Made by a program: the position numbers and the translations under genes. Under the pieces are notes generated by a model. The model was not told the DNA's origin. It saw only the letters and a program-made list of their open reading frames with translations, and made no database searches. A stretch of DNA of 64,000 nucleotides, from assembly GCA_964016885.1 (NCBI GenBank), contig OZ024741.1, positions 261,950,001 to 262,014,000 of the forward strand, read 5' to 3'. Positions within the stretch are counted from its first letter, which is position 1; every line of letters begins with the position of its first letter. The stretch is from Eledone cirrhosa. Its lineage: Eukaryota. Positions 54,336 through 64,000 of the stretch are shown one piece after another.

Positions 54336-54386
54336 AGTTTAAGCAAAGAATCGCTGCTTTCACCCTTAACGGGATCTTCTGAAACT
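54336..54386 (-). ncRNA. Hammerhead motif with a core substitution (CAGAAGA)
   Basis: agttt CAGAAGA t-ccc-gttaa-ggg-t GAAA gcag..ttgc TT aaact, with a distal helix acagattga/ttaatctgt. Confidence 0.6.
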
Positions 54387-54877
54387 AACAAAGTCAATCT
54401 GTAAACGCAGAACTGGATATTTCAAAAAACGTTGCAACCGGAGGAAGACAGGAAGACGATACTTTGGTTCGTGGAAACGTTCGCTGGCAAAGAACGGGAA
54501 AAAACGAATAATACGTCATTAATAGGAGCGGTGAAAAACAATTACGCGCAAAGACAGAACCACGTTTATGGTATATATATATATATACACACACGTAGGA
54601 AGAAGTCTGACCCTACGGCGGACTCAAGCCTTTTCTGAGGCTATTATATAAAAACATACAAAACCATTATATAAAAAATTAATATCTAAAAATAAAAAAA
54701 TGTTTGGTATGTGAAGGGTAAGGCAAAAAAAATAGGGGGGAAAAGGAAGGTGGAAAAAATGACATAGGAAAAGGTTTAAATATAAGGGGAGATAAGGGAG
54801 AAAGAGAATACAAGAGTACATAACGTGGATTCAGCAGGTAAAAAAACCGTAGTAGAAGTAAAGAGCAGAGAAGGAGT

Positions 54878-55590
54878 TCAAGGCGGTTGAGTTATCATAG
54901 GAATGTCAATCCAGTTACAGATCAGATGTGATTTCAGATGAGGACAACATCTGAAGATCTCAGTCTTTGAGTTCAGGCAAGCAGAAGTGGCTTTCAAGTT
55001 TAGCAAAATCCTATATTTTTCTGTGGTACACAAAGAACAATTCTTTGTGCCCCTTTGGTACTCCCTCGAATGGTCTAAAATAGACCAATCGATAGAGTAC
55101 GGGATGTTTTTATCCTTGAATTCCCACACCTTACTTACGAGGGCCGTTGTTGTTCGTTTATCGGAGTGCTTAAAAGAAACGACATGTGAGTAAAACCTGG
55201 TTTTAAACCTGTCCTGGGTCAAGCCGACATATCGCTCACTCCTGGCTGGCTGGTTGTTGATTAAAGGTGTTATTTTAGCCTCATAGACAACAGATTTGGT
55301 GTTACATTTGCCCTGCAATGGGCATTCATCCGGCTTCCTGCAACTGCATCCTGGATTTGTTCTCGTATGATTTGAATTAGTAATCTTGGACTTCATAGAT
55401 GGGCAACAAGAGTAACTGATCTTAACTACATTCCTATTAAATATCTTATAATATCTATGATTAGGAGGAAAATGTTTATCTAAGAGTTCAAGGAATTTCC
55501 TTCCCACATTAGTTTTTACAGTTAGAGAGAAGGGGGGTGTAAACCAAATAATTTTCCTTTTCCTGTTATTGTGGTTAGTTTTAGGGGGGG
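54878..55590 (-). pseudogene. C-terminal part of a PLE polyprotein: Cys-rich linker and GIY-YIG endonuclease
   Basis: RKRKIIWFTPPFS, CSCRKPDECPLQGKC, VVY...YVGLT..FKTRFYSH, CSLCTTEK. Homologous to the C terminus of the 62116 ORF; RT missing. Confidence 0.9.
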
Positions 55591-56304
55591 TAGGTAAATA
55601 TGTAGGTTAACTCAAAGACTGAGATCTTCAGATATTGTCCTCATCTGAAATCACATCTGATCTGTAACTGGATTGACATTCCTATGATAACTCAACCGCC
55701 TTGAACTCCTCTGCTCTTTACTTCTACTACGGTTTTTTTACCTGCTGAATCCACGTTCTGTACTCTAGTATTATTTTTCTCCCTTATCTCCCCTTATATT
55801 TAAACCTTTTCCTATGTCATTTTTATTTATATATATTTTTTCTTATATTTATTTGCGTGTGTGAATATGTAGAGGTGTGTGTATATTTTTCTAATTTTGT
55901 GCATGCATATGTATGCATGTATATATGTGTGTATGTATGTGTATGTATGTGCGTGTGTATATACGTATGATTGTATGTATGTATGTATGTATATGTGTGT
56001 GTGTATGTGTGTATGTGTGTATATATATGTGTGTGGTTGTATATATGTATGTGTATGTATGGATATGTTGATATTTATGTGTGTATGTATGTATGTGTAT
56101 ATGTATGTGTATGTATATATATACACATATATATGTGTATATGTGTGTGTGTATGTATGTGTGTATGTATATAATTGTGTGTGTGTGTTTGCATGTGTGT
56201 TTTTATTTTATTTTTCCTTTCCTTCTTCCTTCTCCAGCCTCACTTTCATATAGATTGCATTTTTGTTTTTAGAATCCACTATCAATAAATACACCAGCAT
56301 TTTT

Positions 56305-56362
56305 TTCATTCTGATGATTGAAAGCAAAACTTTTTGCTTTTAAGAAACCGCTGGTAAATGGA
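56305..56362 (+). ncRNA. Type I hammerhead ribozyme motif
   Basis: ttcatt CTGATGA ttgaaagcaaa-actt-tttgcttttaa GAAA cc-gct-gg TA aatgga. Confidence 0.8.
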
Positions 56363-56388
56363 ATAATTGCCTTATGTTGTTTATTACA

Positions 56389-56426
<38 letters not shown>

Positions 56427-56431
56427 TTTGA

Positions 56432-56493
56432 ATTACCTGAAGATGTCACTGGATTCAAACTGAACCCGGTCATTGAAATGATCATAGTATAAT
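56432..56493 (+). ncRNA. Hammerhead ribozyme motif, imperfect
   Basis: tac CTGAAGA ..actggattca-aac-tgaacccggt.. GAAA tgatca TA gta. Palindromic stem III; weak stem I and irregular stem II base. Confidence 0.55.
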
Positions 56494-56755
56494 AAACCTT
56501 TCAAGGAATTACACCAGTCCAGCCTTCTGTTATTTTATAATAATTAACTCCGTACTCGCACCACCAATTACACAAAGGAAGACGAGTGAGTTACACTACG
56601 TAGAGTGCTCTCCATAATATTACATCGAGGTTGACCACACGGAATGACCAGTTCTATCCAGTGGTGAACCAACAAACCCCAAATAAATATATATATACAC
56701 ATATATTATTGAAAATATTAACAAATTAAGATATTCACATAATCAAAATATATGC

Positions 56756-56820
56756 TTTATTATATATATTTCGAAGGTACTGTGTTTTTTTTTCTTTCCA
56801 GTACGTTCTCGTCAGATAAA
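56756..56820 (-). ncRNA. Type I hammerhead ribozyme motif
   Basis: tttat CTGACGA gaa-c-gtactg...cagtac-c-ttc GAAA tatata TA ataaa. Confidence 0.78.
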
Positions 56821-56958
56821 ATATATGATTTGATATATGACATACCTTTACGGTCTTGATATTTCAATTCCAGTATTGGCAGTCAGTATTTTTATACTGC
56901 CAATACGGGAATTGAAATATCAAGACCGTAAAGGTATGTCATATATCAAATCATATAT

Positions 56959-57023
56959 TTTATCTGACGAGGACGTACTGGAAAGAAAAAAAAACACAAT
57001 ACCTTTGAAATATATATAATAAA
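56959..57023 (+). ncRNA. Type I hammerhead ribozyme motif
   Basis: Mirror of 56756-56820; core intact, with three stem II substitutions. Confidence 0.68.
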
Positions 57024-57190
57024 GCATATATTTTGATTATGTGAATATCTTCATTTGTTAATATTTTCAATAATATTAAAACTCCAGGAATATTTCACTG
57101 TTGAGTGCTTTTAATCTATTGTAAAACTGTATTCATTGTGTAATCAATGAGCCATATTAATCTTTGGTCATATATATACATATATATATG

Positions 57191-57260
<70 letters not shown>

Positions 57261-57313
57261 AGTATGTATGTATACGTACATACATATATGTATACAGACG
57301 TACAGTAGCATGC

Positions 57314-57382
<69 letters not shown>

Positions 57383-57533
57383 CAGGTACACATACATATA
57401 TGTACACATCAGTTTAGCGGACGCTTATTATAGCGCCCGCTTTGTTCGTTTGTAAACAAACTGAACAGCCTGAATTTATGCCGCACGGTGTTACGGCAAA
57501 CACGTCACCTTTTTGTTCAACACTGACACAGGA

Positions 57534-57576
57534 ACGATGTACTAGTTTCAAGCTTGTTAGCTATCATCAGCACCGT
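57534..57576 (-). ncRNA. Minimal hammerhead ribozyme motif
   Basis: Mirror of 57765-57807. Confidence 0.8.
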
Positions 57577-57764
57577 ATACCCATCTGCCAGATAGTTGAA
57601 CGTTCGAAAGTATATACTTTCCTTATGAAAATTAACGGCTGAGCAGCCTAATTTGCATATCGAGTGAGTTAAATCGGTCAGGCGCACCGAAAACGATGAG
57701 TTGTAATAATTTTCATAAGGAAAGTATATACTTTCGAACGTTCAACTATCTGGCAGATGGGTAT

Positions 57765-57807
57765 ACGGTGCTGATGATAGCTAACAAGCTTGAAACTAGT
57801 ACATCGT
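57765..57807 (+). ncRNA. Minimal hammerhead ribozyme motif
   Basis: acggtg CTGATGA t-agct-aaca-agct-t GAAA ctag TA catcgt. Palindromic stem III ACTAGT. Confidence 0.8.
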
Positions 57808-57958
57808 TCCTGTGTCAGTGTTGAACAAAAAGGTGACGTGGTTGCCTTAACACCGTGCGGCATAAATTCAGGCTGTTCAGTTTGTTTACAAACGAACAAA
57901 GCGGGCGCTATAATAAGCGTCCGCTAAACTGATGCGTACATATATGTATGTGTACCTG

Positions 57959-58048
<90 letters not shown>

Positions 58049-58243
58049 GATAAATCTACCAAGAGTTTACGGTAGTGTCCAATCCGTATGAAGAACTCAA
58101 TGTATTCCGGATATCATGGAAAGAAGAGATGTAATGAAAAATCACTTTCGGTGAAAGATAAACGGTATACAGAGTCAAGATAAAATATTAAACAAATAAT
58201 GAATAAAACAATGAAACAGTTCCTTATATTAAACAAAAAAAAG

Positions 58244-58397
58244 TTCATTATTTAACGATCGTTTCTAGGATATATATGTGTTAGAATTGGTATGCATATT
58301 CAACAGATCTATGTACAAAATTATACAGAATTATACAAACTATCAAGATTAAATATACATACCAACACATATATACGCCGTCTTCAGAAATAATGAA
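58244..58397 (-). ncRNA. Hammerhead ribozyme motif with a very long stem II
   Basis: ttcattattt CTGAAGA [~115-nt rod] GAAA cgatcg TT aaataatgaa. 10-bp stem I and palindromic stem III ACGATCGT. Confidence 0.78.
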
Positions 58398-58929
58398 ATA
58401 TATTTATTGATAATAACAACAATTCAAAATTTCAGGTCCGTTTGGGAACAAAATTGACCAATGAAAATACAAAAGGTTTTATGCCGTTCGGTGTGTGTAT
58501 ATACATGTAACTACCCTTACACATATTTTACAAAAATGTATGCTCAACATGTATACGCATACCAAAAGGATGGATGCAAATACAAAATTTCAAGGTTAAT
58601 GTCTCTGTAAGTTTATAATGCACAGATAAGATGCGTATAGACACATAAATATGAAATAAGTGTATACACATATTCTCATACTCACACATATCCGTACAAT
58701 CACACACACGCGCGGGTATATGCATAAACATACACATAATTACGAACATACAAACACACACACACACCCACTCACATATATATATATGTGGATATCATAA
58801 GCACATGGATATTAATTCACTCACATAAACACTGCCACACACATTTAGATCAAGATACAGAAATTAGGTGGGAGGGGGGGAGAGGTCAGTATTCAACGGT
58901 TTGGGCAGACTGCTTATTATAGATGTATC

Positions 58930-59007
58930 TATAAACTAAGAAAATAAAAAATAAAAATTAAAAGGAAAGAAAAGAAAAAGAAAAGAAAAAAGAAATATAT
59001 CAAGAAA

Positions 59008-59038
<31 letters not shown>

Positions 59039-59043
59039 CATAC

Positions 59044-59074
<31 letters not shown>

Positions 59075-59174
59075 AACACACACATACATATACACACATC
59101 CACACTTAGAACATACATACACACACATATATAAACATATACATATACACACATACACACATATACACACATAC

Positions 59175-59241
<67 letters not shown>

Positions 59242-59779
59242 TACACATATAATCACACATACTATATAGACACACATATATATACACACATACACGCACA
59301 TATACATACACATACATACTTATATACATACAGATATACACATACATACCTATATATACACACAAATACATACAGACATACATACATACATACACACAAA
59401 TACTTACGCATCCATATATCGGTATATACATACAAACACCACTACACTCTCACACAACTCAGACATACAAAGAAAAAGGTATATACCTATACACATATAC
59501 ATATACAAATAGAGATACATATACATATATATATATACATATATATACACATACATATATACATATACATATATATATATATACATACACATATACACAC
59601 ACATACATACATACACATACATACATGTACACACACATACATATACATACATACACACATACACACATACATATATAGTCATACACACACATACACCTAC
59701 ACGAACATACACATACACATATATAAAGATATATATACACACACACACATACACACACACACATATATATAAAAAATAA

Positions 59780-59834
<55 letters not shown>

Positions 59835-60163
59835 CATATACATACACACATACATAAACATATATGTACATACATAGACATACATACATACATATACACA
59901 TATATATACATATATATATACACACATAGACACATACATACATACATACACAACATACATACACACACATATATACTCATACATAGAATTAGATATATAT
60001 TCATACATACATACGCACTTACATATACTCATATATACAAATACATACGCATCCATATATGCGTATATACATACAAACACCACTACACCCTCACACAACT
60101 CAGACATACAAAGAAAAAGGCATATACATATACATATATACACACATTAATAGAGATATATAT

Positions 60164-60204
<41 letters not shown>

Positions 60205-60413
60205 CATTTATATATATACACCCACACACACATACAACCATAAACACACATACAAATACACACATACACATATATATACACATACATATATATACACACA
60301 CACAAAAAACAGACATACACATATATATTTTTTTACACACATATATACACATATATATACATATACACACCCTCACATATACACACATACACATAAGTTA
60401 TATTATAATAATA

Positions 60414-60461
<48 letters not shown>

Positions 60462-60699
60462 GAATATAGACATATATACACACATAGATATACATATATA
60501 TATACATATACACACACACACACACACACTCACATATATATGTGCGCATACGTACATATATACACATACACACATATACTCGTAAACACATACATGTGCA
60601 TACATGCACATACACACATATACCCACATAGATACGAAGATAGACATATAAATAGAGAGACATACATATATATACACACACATATATACATACATACAT

Positions 60700-60746
<47 letters not shown>

Positions 60747-60875
60747 CACACATACACGCCCACGCGCATATACACATATACATATATATATACATACACA
60801 CATACACATACACATATATATACATATGCATATATACACATATATATATACATACACACATATATATACACACAA
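58930..60875. repeat. Mosaic TA/CA/TACA microsatellite field with an internal ~120-bp duplication
   Basis: Low-complexity sequence; 59405-59520 recurs at 60046-60160. Confidence 0.85.
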
Positions 60876-61579
60876 TCTTACATTCTTATTTGCATGCGCA
60901 TATATGTATTTTTATATTCAGATATAAATACCCAAACATATATACACCTACCTACATATATATTCTTTCATACATACACGCTTACAAACACAGATGATAA
61001 TAGTATGGGGGGAAGGGGTGGGGGGGTGGAGAAGGGGATTATAGTAAATATATGTTTCAAGAAACATAGAATATTATCTGTATCTGGATCCAATGTATGT
61101 TTTTACATAGTTTCAGTGTTAGGAAATACAAGAAATAAGGCAAAATTTATGCATTTCAAAATAAATAAGTATACCATTAATTATATGTTAACTAAACTAA
61201 AGATAGTTAACATATTGATTTCTAAGGTGTAAATTAGTTAGGTTTATAATATTTGAAGCAGAATTTTGAAGTTAAATAGTAGTAGAGTATTAATTATAGT
61301 ATAACTAAATTAAAGTTAATAACGTTATGGTATCAATATTAGGAAATGAATTTAGTAATAGGGAAAAAAACAAATAAAGTATTACATCGGTAGTAGAATA
61401 TAAATTATAGGTTAACTAAATTAAAAATTATATATTAATTTCTATAGTATATGTTAATTAGGTATATAATAAATAAAACAGATATTGTATTTTATCAATA
61501 GCAGAATATAATTATATGCAAATAGAAATCAAAATTAATACATATACATATACATATACATACACATACATATATATAC

Positions 61580-61628
<49 letters not shown>

Positions 61629-62115
61629 TACACATACATATACATACATACATATACATATTTTTTCAAAAATTGCAAAGAATATATTAACTAGGTATAC
61701 ATCCAAAACACATCCCATTCTATGATTACATGACATTCTGCAATCCGTCTGTATAAGGATACTAATTTTAAGCCAATTAAATTAAATTTTAGGTTGACTA
61801 AATTTAAAACCAAATTATAAATATATTTCTAAAATGTATATTAATTAGGTCTATAATACTAAAAATTATTTCTCTGTCATTGGATACACGATATTTTGTT
61901 ATATTTTATCTGTAAAGGAATTTTAATAAAAGGTTTAAATAAATTAAAATTAATCTATAAATTAAATTACTAAGTATATATTAGTAATATTTAAAGGTTT
62001 TTCACAATTTATGATTACACAATATTTTATATTCTCATCTGTAATAGAATTTTAATTAAATTAAATTTATAGGTTAACTAACATTTAAATTAAATTAATT
62101 TCTAAAATAATGTTA

Positions 62116-63999
62116 TTAATTAGGTTTATAATATTTAAATGTTTTTTTTAGTTTATGATTACACGATATAATTAATTCCTGTCGTTTATTTAATAGGATA
62201 TCCTTAGATTTCATTATTTCAAATAGTTCTTGGGAACATAATCTACATTCATTTCTATTATTTTGATAAGGGGTGGCTCTTTTGAGCACACTCCAGGTCA
62301 AATCATATTCTATATTCTTATTTTTATAACTATTGATTTTTTCTGCTAGAGATGTTGTATTAGCCAGTGCGGCATTTTTAAAACTATGCTTGTGGGTATT
62401 AAACCTTGTCTTAAAATTGTTAGAGGTAGCTCCTATATATGAGCAAATAGAATCTTTAGTTTTAACATTACATTTATAGACTATGTTGTTAACAAGACAA
62501 TTCCCTTTTAATGGGCAGTTTGCTTTGTTTCTACAGTTACAACCTTTCGTTAATTCTGTATTTGAGGAGATATTATGGTTAATTTGATGTACTGGTGGTA
62601 TACTTATGGTTTTCTTACATTTATATGCATTATAGGCACTTATATTTTGTTTTATGTTATTTGTTGTAGAGTATGAGAATTTAACTGTAGACCTATTTAA
62701 GATCTGATGGTATTTGTGGTTTGGCGGGAAGTTTTTCTCTAGGATATAAAAAAAATTTTTAGCAATATTATCCTTAATTTGTAAATTAAATGGAGCATTA
62801 TACCAGGTAACCCGTCTATTACGGTTTCTATGTTGTTTATTATTTTTATTATTTTTATAGGTTGTATCGTGATGTTTACTAGGAGGATTAATGTTAATGA
62901 TCTCACCACAACTATTTTTAGTTATATTTGTAGATTTAGGTGTTTTATCCTTTTTATTAGGAGTTTTATTATTAATATTTATTAGAGTTGTATGATGAGT
63001 AGTTTTTTGAGAGTTACTATATTTTATATTAGAAGATTTGGTATTTTGGGGTATAGTGTGGGTGGCATTTAGGTGTGTACTTTTCATTTGGTGTTTGTTG
63101 GTAATATTAGGTTGTATGCTTTTAGTATTTTTAGTAGAAGGTATATATTCTAATCTATTTTTGTGGCCACTTCTATCTAGAGCTTCGTTATAGAAGGTCG
63201 CATTTTTATCAAATACATCTTGGTTAGAAGAAAGGTTAGAAATTCTAAGTGATATATTATATGCAAGGTTTTTAAGGATAGATTTAGGGTGATTAGATTG
63301 TGAGTGTATGTAATGTAAGTTTTGGTTTGGTTTATGGTAAGGTTGGTAGATACCCGTAGCTAAATCTAAAGTTATATCTAGGAAATTTACTACTTTACTT
63401 GTTTTTTCAAAAGTAATATGAAGATTATAATAGTCTTTAAGGAAAGTTCTAATATGTTTTTTGTTTTTTTCAATTTCTGAAAGGCTAAGGTTGTTAGAAA
63501 GAAGAAGACAGTCATCACGATATAAACCACCTTTGAGGTGGGGAAAGGAGGCATTTATGTTGAAAAGGAGAAAGAGGCCCACAAGATCAGTAATTTGGGC
63601 GGAATCGCTTGAACCCATAGTAATATCAAATAGATTACTATATGTGTTTCTGGTCCAGTATTCATTCTGAAATTCAATAAGTGTTAGTCTAGCATGTGTA
63701 ATAATATTAATGTCATCCAAAGTTAAGTTAGATCTATTTTTAGCAAATATCAATGCTTTGTTCAGGAGTATAGGTGATATAGAAGAGTAGTAATTATCTA
63801 TATGAAATTGTAGAAATGAAGCAGAAGATTTACATCTAATATTTTTAAACCAGTTAATTACCTGGGAGGTGTTTTCCCAGAGTGGTAAAATAACGTGTTT
63901 TCTTATTTGTGGGATGACTCTATCCAGAATTTTTTTGCTAATTATTCCAATATCTGATTTGGAGGGACATATAAGTCTAATAGAAGGATTTGAGTTAAA
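62116..63999 (-). CDS. Penelope-like element polyprotein (RT + C-terminal GIY-YIG endonuclease); 5' end outside the window
   Basis: The frame is open to the window edge (628 codons). Motifs RLICPSKSDIG, FLQFHIDNYYSSI, FDITMGSSDSAQITDLVGL, GGLYRDD, VNFLDITLDL, SNHP, VTWYNAPF, CNCRNKANCPLKGNC, IVY...YIGAT..FKTRFNTH, CRLCSQE. Confidence 0.93.
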   Translation of the reverse strand, partial: FNSNPSIRLICPSKSDIGIISKKILDRVIPQIRKHVILPLWENTSQVINWFKNIRCKSSASFLQFHIDNYYSSISPILLNKALIFAKNRSNLTLDDINIITHARLTLIEFQNEYWTRNTYSNLFDITMGSSDSAQITDLVGLFLLFNINASFPHLKGGLYRDDCLLLSNNLSLSEIEKNKKHIRTFLKDYYNLHITFEKTSKVVNFLDITLDLATGIYQPYHKPNQNLHYIHSQSNHPKSILKNLAYNISLRISNLSSNQDVFDKNATFYNEALDRSGHKNRLEYIPSTKNTKSIQPNITNKHQMKSTHLNATHTIPQNTKSSNIKYSNSQKTTHHTTLININNKTPNKKDKTPKSTNITKNSCGEIININPPSKHHDTTYKNNKNNKQHRNRNRRVTWYNAPFNLQIKDNIAKNFFYILEKNFPPNHKYHQILNRSTVKFSYSTTNNIKQNISAYNAYKCKKTISIPPVHQINHNISSNTELTKGCNCRNKANCPLKGNCLVNNIVYKCNVKTKDSICSYIGATSNNFKTRFNTHKHSFKNAALANTTSLAEKINSYKNKNIEYDLTWSVLKRATPYQNNRNECRLCSQELFEIMKSKDILLNKRQELIISCNHKLKKTFKYYKPN

Positions 64000-64000
64000 G

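Larger units (their letters stand above)
54320..55825 (-). mobile_element. 5'-truncated Penelope-like element with an inverted 3' segment
   Basis: GIY-YIG ORF end, 3' UTR and ribozyme on the minus strand, ending in (TA)n at about 54315. 55618-55825 is an inverted copy of 54755-54965. Confidence 0.85.
56703..57075. repeat. Fold-back with ~180-bp arms and a 12-nt spacer
   Basis: 56703-56883 mirrors 56896-57075 with a handful of mismatches. Confidence 0.92.
57375..57966. repeat. Fold-back with ~260-bp arms and a ~72-nt spacer, between (TA)n runs
   Basis: 57375-57634 mirrors 57707-57966 with about 3 mismatches. Confidence 0.93.

Noticed and set aside
57442-57899. Twin 66-73 aa ORFs (MFVCKQTEQPEF...) on opposite strands
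   Set aside because: Mirror images from the inverted repeat, antisense to the ribozyme, with TTG starts and no recognisable domain.

Overview
Eukaryotic, repeat-saturated DNA with no credible host gene. It is probably from an octopus: the tRNA-SINE, mariner and LINE families and the microsatellite load resemble octopus, but this is an inference. Positions 1-20258 are a 45-bp tandem array, open at the left edge, whose unit appears to be a piece of the CRE-type retrotransposon ORF that continues directly from the array's right end. Positions 20-50 kb are a pile of decayed non-LTR elements (CRE, R4/Dong-like, RTE, CR1, Tx1/L1, I-like), SINEs and a mariner remnant. Positions 35-64 kb hold a nest of Penelope-like element (PLE) sequence: two RT/GIY-YIG coding pieces and about 16 type I hammerhead ribozyme motifs from about 10 sequence families. 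Most ribozymes sit in head-to-head fold-back palindromes whose 3' ends run out into (TA)n. All folds and alignments were done by eye and need computational confirmation.
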